Below are positions 37,139-50,541 of a stretch of DNA of 64,000 nucleotides, in pieces. Position numbers and translations under genes: made by a program. The notes beneath the pieces were generated by a model, which was not told where the DNA came from, searched no databases, and worked only from the letters and a program-made list of their open reading frames with translations. Numbering within the stretch: position 1 is the stretch's first letter; the number at the start of each line of letters is the position of its first letter. The DNA is from Lingula anatina (Eukaryota; Animalia; Brachiopoda), in NCBI GenBank assembly GCA_051362555.1, contig CM120643.1, positions 10,664,001 to 10,728,000 of the forward strand. Reading direction: 5' to 3'.

Positions 37139-39529
37139 CTGTGTGAAAGAATCTATAATACAAGACTTTGCTCCAGTCCCGTTTTTCCTGCTTCTGATAT
37201 CATTGATCAGTCTCAGATTAAAACACAATAACAGCTAGCAGTACAGGCCCTGATATATATTGTTCTGCTGAAGTCTGGAGCTTTTCTATAAGAAATATGT
37301 GTGCAGATTTGGGGAGCTATTTCTTAACATAACTTGGCACTGCATTCTGTGATGCTTGTTAGGGATACTTGTATCATCTTGTGTGAAAATGTTCATTAGA
37401 ATTTGTTAAGTAAATCGGCTTTTTTTTAAAAAACTCTATAGAAAAGTTCTCCCAAGAAATATGTGAAACTCTTACTATTTACCTTGCCAAAACTTTTTTT
37501 AAATATAATTCTTATATTAGTATGCTGTAACTAGCATACACGAAAGCTTCAATTTCAAAAGAAGCAGCTATCAACTCTTCAAATTGCCAACTGAAATCAT
37601 TCACTGTTGGTATTCTTCTTTATTCCTGAATTTTCCTTCAAGCAAAGAATATTATAGGTTTTAACAGTGCTAAGGTATAATGCTCCCAGGGTCCTTAAAA
37701 TTTCACAATAACTTCTCCACTGCTATACATATATCTCTTGTTCATCTTCAATTTTCCCTTCAAGCAAAGAACATTACAAGAAAATTACCCCTATCTAGTA
37801 TGCAAATATGGGCAACCCAGACCTGATGGTGATCTGATTCTGTAAAAGAAAAGTCAAACAAAGCTGGAGGGAAACTTTACCCCGGTAGGTGTTTGGTCAT
37901 ACTTCATGAAAAAGCACAGTATTTTTTTTTTCTCAACTCAATGGTTTGGCTTTTCTACCATACTGATACAAGTGCCTAAGTATATCAGGAGTTCATTCAT
38001 AATTGACTGAAAGTGTAATAAGAAATGGTGGTACAATATTGAGTCCACAAAGAACCATGGATGCAGTGTGATGGAAACTTCATTCCAGTGTAAAAAAAAA
38101 AAAACTAGTCTTCAGACAGGGTAAAATAACATTGTTCCTTGAGTATATTTCTGATGTCACTGACCATCTGCTGTGAGCATACTAAACTACACCATCTTTT
38201 CATACCTGTATTGCGATAGTTTCTGCTCTCAGATGACCTTGTACTTTGCTTGTGCCCTTTAATTTTAACTACTAGTATCCAAAAATAATGCCATGAAGCC
38301 TTTTCTTTTCTTTTGTTGGATGAAAGCACCTTAAGATGCACTACTCCTTAACCTACCAAATCAAAGAAAACCTTCAAGAACTCCAATTCCCAGATGTATA
38401 AATTTATGTTTATGTCATAATTTACTAAAATTTCAGTGATTTTGATAGAAATCTGCTGCAGAAAATTATGGAAAAAAAAGGCTCATGTCAAAACGCAGTT
38501 CAGGATATCTTGGAATATGAAAAAACCTTTTACTAGTAAACTCCTGATGGTACTATATTAACACAGTAAACAAAATTTCCCAAATGCCAGCATAAACTAT
38601 CATGTCAGTCTGAAAATGGTGTCAACAAGGCAATAACCTTTATCTAAACTGAAGAAGTGAAACTGAAAAATTACCAAACGTAACCTGTACCAGAGGGTAA
38701 TTATTTGACAAAAATACGAACCTTATAAAAACTGAAAAACAACCCAAATGTATGCATGTTCACATCAAACCAACAGAAACACGTTCTACAATGCCATCAG
38801 TTGCCTTCCATTTCTGGCTCAGAATCAACATTTCTAAGTCAATTTTTTTTCTACTTCTTGCCAATCAAGTCTTTTATATATATCATTTCCTTCAAGGTGC
38901 CAGACACAGTTTCCTTAATGTCTCACGTTTTTCGTACCATCTGTGAACTGTATTACCTGTCAGCTGCTTTGTTCTGATGGTACTCTCCATTTTTAACTGC
39001 CAACCATCTGTAAAGTCTGAGTATCATCTGGTTCATCACCAGACTGAGCCAACTTTTTTTTTTACAAAGCCAGCAGTCTTATTTCTATTCTTCTGTATAA
39101 TTTTGTTTCCAAAAAAGCTTATATTTTAAAATGATGGCACATCTTATTCAGATAACTCCTGGATGTTGTCTTCAGTTTTAATAATTTGCCAACTGCATGC
39201 TGGTGAACTGTCACTGATTTCCAGTTTTCCCCTAAATGCATAAATATTTTCATTTTCTTTTCCTTGTGTGCCCCTTTCTCCAAAGTAACTGTTTTTTACC
39301 AAAAATCTGTTTGTCAATGTCTGTCCTTTTTTTAATTTTTTTTTCTGTAATTATATTTTATTCTGCAAAGTATTTACAAATGTTTTTTCTTAGGAATTCC
39401 TGTCCGTGGCTGTTTTTTTTTTTTTTTGCCTTTTTAACTTCTTTTTATGATCACCATTGACACTATCTGCTTTACACATCAGCTGACTGTCCTCATTTTG
39501 CTGTGTCTGTCTCTTATTTCTCTAGCCTG

Positions 39530-40300
39530 TTTTTTTCTCTCTCTGCAGTCTGGTTTGCAGAACTATGCAAGGCTGCCACCTCGATTCTCCAGGTGAGCTT
39601 ACAATGAACATCAGAGCATCAGCTTATCAAATCAAGTCTCAAGTTCACAGCTGTGACAGAGACTTGTCTTTTTGCAATACAGAAGTCTGGATATTTTTAG
39701 ATACTCTCAAAGTGTATCAATCATTTGTCTGCCTTTTCATACTTTGCTTTTCTGTCAACAGTACCAGTCTGCTAATCTGGTATTTTGTAGCATCAGATTT
39801 CAATTATATTTATCATAATATGAAAGATCGGTGAAATCTGTATTATCTGTACAGCAACTACCGCTAGTTTGCCCATTTTATTTCGTCAACTGTGACACAG
39901 TCTCTGTTTCTTCCAAAACTGGTTTCTGCTTGACAAAGTCTGACTCTTTTTTTTTCTTCAGCGTTGCTTGCAGTTGAACCTGGTCATCCAGGTGCTGATA
40001 CAAAGAAGAGTTTTCATAAAATGTATGTGCAGCCAAGCAAGCAAATCACTTCTCCCATGCTCAGACGAGACAGAAACAGGTTTGACAGCATTTAAGAAGT
40101 AACTACCGGATGAGATCAATGAGAATTCCATAACCAAATAGAAATACTGAAGGTTCAGACAGCTTATTGGCATTTTTGTGTCAGTGAACTATATCTTTTG
40201 CTATTTAGTTTGATTCTGATTGAACAGAAATACTGAAGTTTTGGTTGGCTTGCATATGTTTTTGTCTCAATAAACAACAATCAGATGTAAACTTTCAACC

Positions 40301-40351
<51 letters not shown>

Positions 40352-40610
40352 AAAACACACCATCCTTTTAAAAAACTACCTAATTTTGCTTTTTAATATT
40401 TTTTTTAATCACATGTATTGAATGTTTTGCACTGATCAGACTCTGCCTGTCACTTTCCAGACTGGTTTGCAGCTACAGGACAGGCCCACTGATGGCACTC
40501 CCATCCAGGTGAACTTTTTTCTACAGGGAGCTCGTTTTCTACTGTGTGCAGCCGAGCAAGCAGATCACATCACCAGGGCTGAGTCGAGACAGAAACAGAT
40601 TTAAGTGCCA
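39530..40610 (+). repeat. Three diverged copies of a unit resembling a plus-strand micro-exon plus downstream block
   Basis: Shared cag(t/a)ctggtttgcag...ccaggtg; copies 2 and 3 also share tgtgcagcc(a/g)agcaagca(a/g)atcac...cgagacagaaacag(g/a)ttt. Confidence 0.65.
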
Positions 40611-43600
40611 AGAATTGCATACTTCTGTTTATTACCTGACACCAGACTTGTCCAATCAGATTGCAGAAATTTTTTTTGTCGTCAGACGGAAACAGGATAG
40701 ACACCGCAAAGTTTCTTATGGTGCTTTCAGTAGTTGGAGCAAATGAGAATACTTTTTTTTCTCTTTTTGCAAGGGGAGGAGGGAATGAGGATGGGGACCA
40801 TGAAAATAATAGAATAAGGATCCAATAGAAGTAGGATGTTAGTAATTGCATACCATAATTAGTAATTCATTGAATAATACTGAACAAAAATCCCTATTTA
40901 TAACCACTAATAACCCTCTTCTCTAACTTTTGTGAACATTAAAAAAAAAAAAAAAACTCTTCTAGATGAAAGTTGATGTGGTAGAAAGGAAGGAATTCCA
41001 ACTCGAATTTACACTGGCTTGGATACCCTGGAATGAGCAATGAAAAAAATGGCAAAAGGCATTGAACGGCATGCTGTCTGGATTTGGATTTGTCTGGATG
41101 TAGACAGTTAAAGAATGTGTTCTGATTATCAAGGAATGTTTAGTTGTTAATTACTTCTTTGCATGTCTCGAAAACCAAAATGAGACAGCTTTAAAAAAAA
41201 ACAAAAAACTTCTGGTAAAGCTTGTACCAGCTGTACTGGGTCTTACTTACTTACTTTTCAATGATGTGCTCCTCCATCCCCACCCCATCTTGTAAATACA
41301 AGGTCTTTTTAGTAAACTGTCCTTTAACTCATCTTTTGAAATTATTTCCTATTGGTTCAACTCACCCTATTCCCCAATCCCTGACTGTTTTCAGTCTTTC
41401 TTTATTTTGTCTCAATTCCCACATCCCACCTTCTAAACCACCTGTTTTGTCCCTCTCTCTTCCTACCCCCCCCCCCCTTTTCTGTCCTACGGAAACACCA
41501 AAACCTGCTTCCTTGAAAGTTAATCATTGATCCTTGGTGACCGTACTGATTTAGCTGGTAAGCCCCCATTGAAATTAGGTGATTACCCGATCACTGCTAC
41601 ATTACTCCTCTTATCCTTCATGATAATTCAATAAGTGCCACTCCTTTCTATGAATACCTGGTAACTGGTATTCATAGAACATAAAGACAAACATACCAAA
41701 TGCATGCACACACGCACTGGGAATCCTTCCTGATTTATTACATTTCCATTAGTTAATGTGGCACTCTGTGTTAAGATGATAGACTTGAATATTTCAATTA
41801 ATTCACTGAATAAACGGGTAAAACCATCCCTACCAGCTTCCTTTCTCTGATTAAGAAGTAGCCCCTCTGTGAGCCCCATTATTATAATCCAACTTCCTCT
41901 CTTTTAACAACTTTGTTAAACTGAGCCCCCCCCTTAAGCCCCTGATTACACGGTTCATAAGTCTTTAACCCACCTCCCTCCACCCTTAAAAATGCAATGC
42001 TCCCACCACCACCACTACCACCAACACCACCACCACCAACTTTCTGATTCCTCCCTTTCTTTTAGACCATCTGGTAACCCCAAAGGGCCTCCCTTATAGT
42101 CTCCTGGTCACAGGGCTTGCTTACCTGGACTGCAAAAGTCTGGCAGATCTTGTGGCATGTCAGGTGAGAAGAACACTCCCTGACAATCACTGTGCATACC
42201 TGAGCAAAAGGCAGTGCTATTGAATTCCTATACATTCACCTGGACAACCCTCCATAGACTAAACTAATATCATTAGTGATAATGCTGCAGACAATGCTCA
42301 GTGTAACATCCTAACTTTTGTTTGCAAGGTAACAAGTTGTGGCCTTACCCAGACTGTTATTCTATACTCTTGATGAGCTAGAAAAAAGTATGCCTATATT
42401 GTCTTACTTCTAGGAAACTTGTCTTTATATAATCTCACTGCTTACTATTAAGGACACTTCTTCCATTTCTCCGATTTAACAGAAAATTGCTTAATCACAT
42501 GGATTGGTGCTCAGCATGACATAATGCAATCAACTTTTAACTACCAGAGCACATGCCTTGTGCCCAACATGGAACTGAGTACTTGGCTAGGACTGATTGC
42601 CTGAATAGATACTGTGCACCCAGCATTTTATTATGCAATCAATTCCAACTATGTCACCTGAAGACATACTTCTATACCAGTCTGTCACTGCTCTTAACTG
42701 GTCTTACTGGCAGTGAACCACTTCTAATTACGGTTAGTGTGAACTGAACCACAGAGCTGTTATCACCTTAAAAAGGGAACTCTGTTTTTCAGCAACCGAG
42801 TCACGAGAAAAGTATCTATTTTTTTCCCTCTCCCTCTCTCTCACTCTCTCTCTCTTCATTCCTTTAGAAAGCAATCAACATGACAGTGTCTCAAAAATGT
42901 TGGTGCCATTTCTTCTGCATCTTCAACCTTCACATTGTAATTATTTTGGTCTGCTAAGTAAAAGCACCCAGAAGACATATATTCCACTCAGTGAAAACAA
43001 AAAGAAAAATGCATCAGTCTGTCTCTGCTGCAATAAGTCACCCTTGACAGAGCCTATTATAATACCAGTGCATTATCATAAATTTATTTCAGTTTCACAT
43101 GCCAGATTTGTGGGAGACAGCAGCAGACAAACAAGGAAAACATTCGCTTGTGTTATCCTCTGATAAATCTGATTTTATAAGTGACATCTTTGAATTATAA
43201 AAAATTGGAAATTGTTTACACAAACAAGAGCATCATTCCATTTAAATAAAATACAGCCTCTGCAATTCTATTTATGATAAATTTTTTTCAAATAAAACAT
43301 AAACCTGTTTGATTCATAGAATATAAACCTGACTGGTTCATTCTTTATCCATCTACTGAAATCAAATATTTCTAATTACTAAAACAAACATAATGCACTT
43401 CTACAACCAGGAATCCACACATTAGATGTTAAATTGCCACATTTGCATCAAAAATGAAAAAAGGGCAACTCTGAAAAGGAAAAAATATCAGTTCTCCCAT
43501 CTCGCAGTGGAGAAGCCATCATTAATCACGCTCTGTCTTGAGTACATCTTTATCTTTGCGAACCATCACACGACCACCAGAGCATTGCTATTGTCCACTG

Positions 43601-44208
43601 TCATGACTTGCACTCTAGAACCAGCAAACTGATATTACTTAGCCAGACGGTGGAAAAAAAAAAGACTGTTTCAATCTACTGCCGCATTGTTAAAGTTGAG
43701 CAAAGAAAAAAGAACAGAATTGGCATGCATGACAAAACACGCCATTACATTCCCTACACTGCCAACAAACTGATAAAACTTGAAAATTATATCAGATGGT
43801 AAAAAAAAAAAGATGGGGGGGGGAGGGGGGAATCGAGCAAGGAGCTGAAAACACAATTAGCATGCCTAACAGAACTTGCGTCAAGACTTACAGTAGACTA
43901 ATAAAGAACCACCAACCTGATTTTACTACAGTCCCCAATCCAAAACTCTTCCTAACAACGGAAGCACACCTTTTCTCTGAAATCTGTAATTACTTAAAGT
44001 TTTTTTTTCTTTTTTTTTTTGGGCTAAATAGACAGAAATAACAATTTGCAATTCAGTATTCTTTTTTCTTTTATAAATAATCTCCTCACCCTTTAAAATC
44101 TGTTGTGACAAATAGTCATCTTTAATTTTTTTCTGAATCATTATTTCTTTTTTCATAATGCACAGAGCATTTTCTTCCTAAACATTTGTAACATTTTCTT
44201 CCTTATTG

Positions 44209-44344
<136 letters not shown>

Positions 44345-46531
44345 CTAAGGTTTGCGTAATTGCTACACAGTGTAAATTGAAAAAAAAAATGGACATGCTT
44401 CAGTATCTATATCAAACAATACACCTTGCACAAAAAAAAAAAAAAAATGGAATAATATTGTTGAATTTCCAATACAACATACAGATAATGGACCTGAATT
44501 TTCTGTAAAGCTCTGATGATCAACTTGAAACATTTGTAAGAAATCTATTCACGCCTATGTTACAACAGGTGTTCAATCTTTCACAACAATTGGCAGGTGC
44601 AAATACAGAAATCGAGAGAAAAAGTGGAACAAATTCTTCTCACAAAACCTTTTATTAACCTAAATTGAAATACAACAAAAAAATAACTTAGAACACACAG
44701 ATGCTGATTGTTAAAAGCAAAAGCGGAACAAATTCTTTCCATTACTTCATTTCATTACTAATGGAATACTTCTGGTAAATTGAAATTGCAAGAAAAATCA
44801 GACAAAGAACAGATAGTTTGCAGTTTATCACAAATCTAACCCTTCTATCAGGAATCAAATATTTTGCATGTGAGATAAGGAACCATTGCAGTGGGTGTGA
44901 GATGATCAGGTGGAAGAACCAACCTCTCCCCCCCCCCCCACCTCAGTATCAGTTAAGTTCACCCCATAACTCTATGCAAAGAACACTGAAGTCACGTCTG
45001 CAAATGAAGGCAGATATTTTTTATATTATTTGACTTGTTATAGACAACAGTGGACCGGGGTGGAGGGGTGGGGTCACCACAGGGTGGCAGGGTGGCGGCA
45101 CCACTCCCACACTTTCTGAGATACCCTCTCTCTCCCTTAAAAAAACTATTTTGAGCAAAGCAAGACAAAATTAACCAATTTTCTATCCTGAGTAGTAAAA
45201 TTGCACTCATCTACTGTTTTACATTTGCCAAGTGAATAATAAAAAAAAAAGCAAAAAAAAAAAAAAATCCTTGTCACCTTCCCCCCCCCCCCCCCTTAGG
45301 AAAATCAGAAACCTTCCATTGAGTGATTCCTCCTATGTTTAAATCTCCAGTCCTCAATTATTCCCCTAAGAAACCCTTCTAGCATGAACCCTCTTGTAGT
45401 ATTATCTGTCTCCTTGCTGGAAGCATGTTAGGAATGCCATAAATATGGAGGGCTCACAATGACAGGAGTATTCTACCTGACATTGCTCGGTTCTGCATGA
45501 TGGATAGAAATAAATACCTGGGATTGTAAAGAGAGCATTCAAGTGGTGACACATGCAAGACAGTTTCTGTCTGCATCATAAAGCAAAATGCCCACGTCTA
45601 GTACTCCTCAAAAGCAATGTACATTTCTATTCATATATGTTTCTATTCATGTTTCCATTTCCTACCCCCCCCCTCCCCCCCCCCCCCCCACACACACACA
45701 CACACACACACACTTCAGGTACTGCTGTTGATATGAAAAACACAAATAAAGATAGTCTAAGAGAATGTGAGAAAGCTTTACTTCTATTCATACACGTAAA
45801 AACTTAATCCCAAAAGGAATCCTTCTACACACTCTCTTTTCTCATTTCTGCATGATGGTTAGATGTATGCAATTAATAGCAGTATCTCTCAACGATAATT
45901 TTCATGAGATCCTCTCTTGCATTGCAGAACATGTGTAATACTAAGAGAGTATCACTCTTAAGGGTAATCAGTGGTAGAAACATTTTACATAGAGCTACTT
46001 TCACCTTCTTTTTCACTTGTCAATGCTGAAATTTTCTTTTATGGTCTTGATACCATCTCTCTCTCTCTTTTGTTTGCACACACACACACACACACACACA
46101 CGCACGCACACACACACACACACACACGTGATATGCCAAATGCATTATGCTAAAAAAAAACATGAAATTTATGAACATTTCAGGGATGGGAAAATCAAGG
46201 TGTCTCTAATGACTATACAAAAAAAAAAAACCAACCATATCATATGTACCTGCTGACTTAAGAATTTTACTTATTAACATGAAAACAGAATTTAACAGAT
46301 TTCTGAGAAAATGTATCTGTTAACTGCACAAAAGGGGGTAGGTTTATAAAGTTAGGGTTTTGTTCATCTGACATAAACAATTGGTGAGAAGGCTGAGGAA
46401 CATTAGCAATAATTTATAAAAAGCTATGGAACTTACTAGTAACCAGCAGCTTTACCAGCATAGAACTTTACTGAATTCACAGAAATTCCAGGAAGTATTT
46501 AGAAAAAAAAAAAAAAAAAAAATTCAAAATT

Positions 46532-46550
46532 TGCTGCCACCTGGTGGTCA
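46532..46550 (-). promoter_or_regulatory. CTCF-like binding motif
   Basis: Minus strand TGACCACCAGGTGGCAGCA fits the CTCF core CCAS(C/T)AG(G/A)(G/T)GGC(A/G)S; an isolated GC-rich word in AT-rich DNA. Confidence 0.55.
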
Positions 46551-46762
46551 AAGAGAAACTATGTATTTTTCACTGGCCAAGGATGCCAAGGTAAAAAAAC
46601 TTGAACATTTAGAATATAGATGAAAACCAAAAAAACTTCCTTTTTCTACAATTAATTAACACAAGGACCATTATAATAAAGATGACCTCATCAGACAGGG
46701 TTTATGTTCACACTGTCAGTGTATTAAAAACTGATGCCAGACTGTAAGTTAAACACAACTTA

Positions 46763-46977
46763 GGCTGTATTCCCAGAGCTTTTAGATCGATCTATCCCCG
46801 TGGGGAGTCTCACTAGATTACTGTCAGATAATCCGGCTTAAATGTCTGTCCCGCCTACTACAAGCTGTAAGGGGGTAATTAACTTTCGCGTCCGCCCGGC
46901 TGACAGCTATTTAGTGTGAACCCCCAGGGAGTTAGTTCGATTTAAAGTAGATCGATCTAATCTCTGGAAATGGGGTC
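46763..46977. mobile_element. PIF/Harbinger-like MITE with TTA target duplication
   Basis: Imperfect TIRs ggctgtattcccagagcttttagatcgatcta / tagatcgatctaatctctggaaatggggtc; tta at 46760-46762 and 46978-46980. Confidence 0.7.
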
Positions 46978-47813
46978 TTAATTGTAGCTGGGGAGATGAA
47001 TGTGCAGATTAATAAATTTTTTCAGTCATAACAAAGTTAGGCAAGGAAAGAAAGACCTGAAATTTAAAAAAAAATGGAAAAATTTTTTTAAAGAATAAAT
47101 AAAAATCTGCATCACACCGGGAGGTATCTGTGTGGCAGCCACTTGTATTTCCATTCTAATATACTCAAACAAATATTAAAAGTATACATTAGCAGGCATT
47201 ATCATAACAAGCCAAATTGTGAATAAAAATAAACAAAAGCACTGAATTTACACTCACATTTTCTTCAAGAACAATAGCTTCTGTTGGTGGAATGGTGTGT
47301 GTGTGGGAGGGGAGGGGGGGGAGTGCTTCTTCCCTCTCTTCAGTCTTCACTCTCTTCTAGATATCTATCTCTCTGTCCCTTTCTGTTGTAAGAAGAGAAA
47401 ATATATATTTATATATATATATATCTTTTTCTTAATTTTGAAAATTAATTTAAAATTAATTTAAAGGAAAAATTAAGCATCACTGTTCTTAAACATAAAA
47501 AAAATCTAACCGAGCTTTTTTTTAAACACCTATGCGTCAAAATTATATAGGTCTATGTCTTTGATTTATATTTGCCTTTTTTCACTCTCTAAACAAGGTA
47601 TCAAACAGCTTAGTCCTTTTAATCATTACTGCATCAACATGAAAAAAAATCATACATTTGTAGCAAAATACAACATATTTTGTAACTAGGAATAAAATAT
47701 AAAATGAATTGAATGGTGTATTGGACATGGTGACAAAAAAAAAGCAAAATCTCCACATCACAGCCATGGCAAGAAATCACTGAAACTTGATTCCAGCCTC
47801 ACGGGTTGAAACC

Positions 47814-47877
47814 AGATTTTTTTTTTTTTTCACCAACAAATATCCTGAGATTTTTTTTTCACCAACAAATATCCTGA
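47814..47877. repeat. ~30-bp tandem duplication
   Basis: agat(T)n caccaacaaatatcctg twice. Confidence 0.85.
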
Positions 47878-48238
47878 ATCACCCTATCTCATTCCTGCAA
47901 GGACACAGAATATGAGAACTGGCTCAAGATTAGCACAGCAAAACTGAAAACCAAACCAGAGTCTCTGGCTATCTTTAAAAGCAGAGAAGACCACAAGCGA
48001 GTCGAAACGGCCAAATTCCTGTATCTTTTTCTGTCCAAGCCAGATAGCCCAAAACTCTTGACTCTTTTCTAACCACAAACACATTTCCAGCACAGAATTT
48101 GCTGTACTTCTTGTTTGTCGAGGCAAGATAACTGAAACTCTGACACTGTCAATTACAAACTGAACCACAATGACATAAAACCATGGCCACTGAACAAAGC
48201 AACAAAATGCCAAGGGTAATATAACAGTAATATACATG

Positions 48239-48402
48239 CAGGCCCGTAGCCAGGGAGGGGGGGGGTCAAAAGAACCGCCCTTTTTGTCGGGAAAAGGTTT
48301 AATCTGGGTAAATTTTGATCTATGTGCACTAAGGATTTATTGTAAAAGGTTCACTCTTTTGGAAAAAGAACCCCCCTTTTGAAATTGTTGGCTACGGGCC
48401 TG
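48239..48402. mobile_element. MITE with CAGG termini (hAT-like)
   Basis: Perfect 14-bp TIR caggcccgtagcca / tggctacgggcctg with inner poly-G/poly-C. No clear 8-bp TSD (tatacatg vs acatatct), so the superfamily call is tentative. Confidence 0.75.
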
Positions 48403-50475
48403 ACATATCTGTATCATTTTTAAAAGAAAAAGAAAAAAAATGTTCATATTCCAGTATCTCTCCCTATCAGAAAGCTTAAATCCTATCTACCTAAAATGAT
48501 ACTCTAGACAATATATGTACCTATCTATTAGTGCTAACTTCCAAAGCTAACTACATCATCTCATTCACATATTGTTTCCATACACATCTTTTTAAAATAC
48601 AATTATGTTAGAATTGGCATACAAACATAATTAAATTTTCTTAAGAAAAACAGTACCCAAACCAGCATTTCAAGTAAGTTTTGGTCTGTCTGCAAGAAGG
48701 GCTTGCTTAAAACTAGTATCTAGATCTGTTTCAAAACATATTATCAATTAACAACTAACGACTACACAGTCCAGAAAAATATTCTTTATAGTAATAGTAA
48801 ACATATTTTACTATTGATAATAAAACTATTTCCATTAACAACACCCTCTTACTGAACAGAATAATAAAATAGAATAAAAAAAATTCTTCTATTCCAGTAA
48901 TAAGTGAATTATCAATTCTACAACATAAATGTACTGTTCATTCTGAGAAACTCTCTACAATCAAATTATCACTTTTGCACTGGTATATAAATGTTTAGCT
49001 CTTATCTTCATTATTCAATCTTTGGTCTAACATCAATACTGCTACCTTAAAAACAATCTTACTTCTTCTAGTCATACCGGTATTTCTCATTGTCTTGCTT
49101 CTGGTTCGGAAGAGCTCTGCGAAAGTGATCTACTAGTATTTCAAGGATTGTTATTAAATCATGACGTTACATAGCAGGATAGAAACAGCTGGTAGAGAAA
49201 TGATCTGATGGCAGGCAGGATATATAATAGGTCTGGAAAATCAATTGTGTTTTATGCATTGTATTTTTCATGCCATCCTTGTTCCGTGTATAGGTAGTGG
49301 CCATTTATGCAGTGACATATATGTGCATATAGATGCTCACGTCCCTGTTTACACCCATTGACATGGTTCACAACGATACCAACATGGTTCACATTATCTA
49401 ACTCTACAATTCTGCTGCCAGCAAAGTAACAACAAGACTTTATTTCTTAAAGCACTTGAGTTGTTAAGTAAATTGTCCCTTCACTAGGTTTAAATTTGAG
49501 CCCTATTACAGTCAGTTTTAATTTTGCTAAATTAATTGAAAAATTCTAACTACATGTATGTACATTCATATTGCAGTCAATTTTTATGGTAAGTTTGCAG
49601 CCAAGCTGAGTCAGCCCATCTCTGTGCAACCCATCTCCAAGCTAGGTTCTCCTCTGTTCTTCACTGATGGGCACAGCACATGTTGATCTTCAGCTGGTAA
49701 CAGAGCGTATACATTTACTGGTGATGTACTGCAGCAAGCTTTGCTGTAACAGACAGCCTGTTGGCATGAATACCAGGACAGTTCAACACAACTTGTATAG
49801 AAACACACCTTTTGAATCACTCAACTACATTGTACCATTTTTCATTTGATCAATCAACTAATATATATGCATTACACTCTTTATTTATTCATCTCCCCAT
49901 TAATATCACTCTGACATCTTTCAAAGAAAAATAATCCACAGCCACTTTATCAAAGCGATTTACAAACTGTAAAATGAGAAATTATATAAGTGTACAAGAT
50001 AGGAGGAGGAGAAGATAAGTATGAAACAACGCAATTTCCACTCCCACCAATATTTTTCTTTAAGTTAGCTTTCACAATAGTAGACATTTCCGGAGCATGG
50101 CAGATTCTATACATCTGAATGGTGGTATATATGTTAAGAATTGTAAGCATTAAACACAGGGGGTTTGAGAAGATAAAAAAAAAATCATTCCTCACTGTCA
50201 TAAGAACACATGGCTTACATTAACAGTTTATCTATTTGGAAATTATACTAAAATACCCAAGACAATATTCAATTTGGCAAGCAAGAAATAGTTTTTAATT
50301 ACTATAATAAAGCAATTTTATTTCATTTCTAATTTAATCATAACAGAGTCTAGCAGTGTGAATTAATTTATATGATGTATGATCAGCAGTTTCCAGATAA
50401 TGATATCCCAAGCCTTACAATAAAACAACATATCAGGGCTTTTCTTTATTTCAAGAAAAAAAAGTGTACTTACAC

Positions 50476-50481
<6 letters not shown>

Positions 50482-50537
<56 letters not shown>
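50482..50537. repeat. (AG)n microsatellite
   Basis: Read directly. Confidence 0.95.
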
Positions 50538-50541
<4 letters not shown>

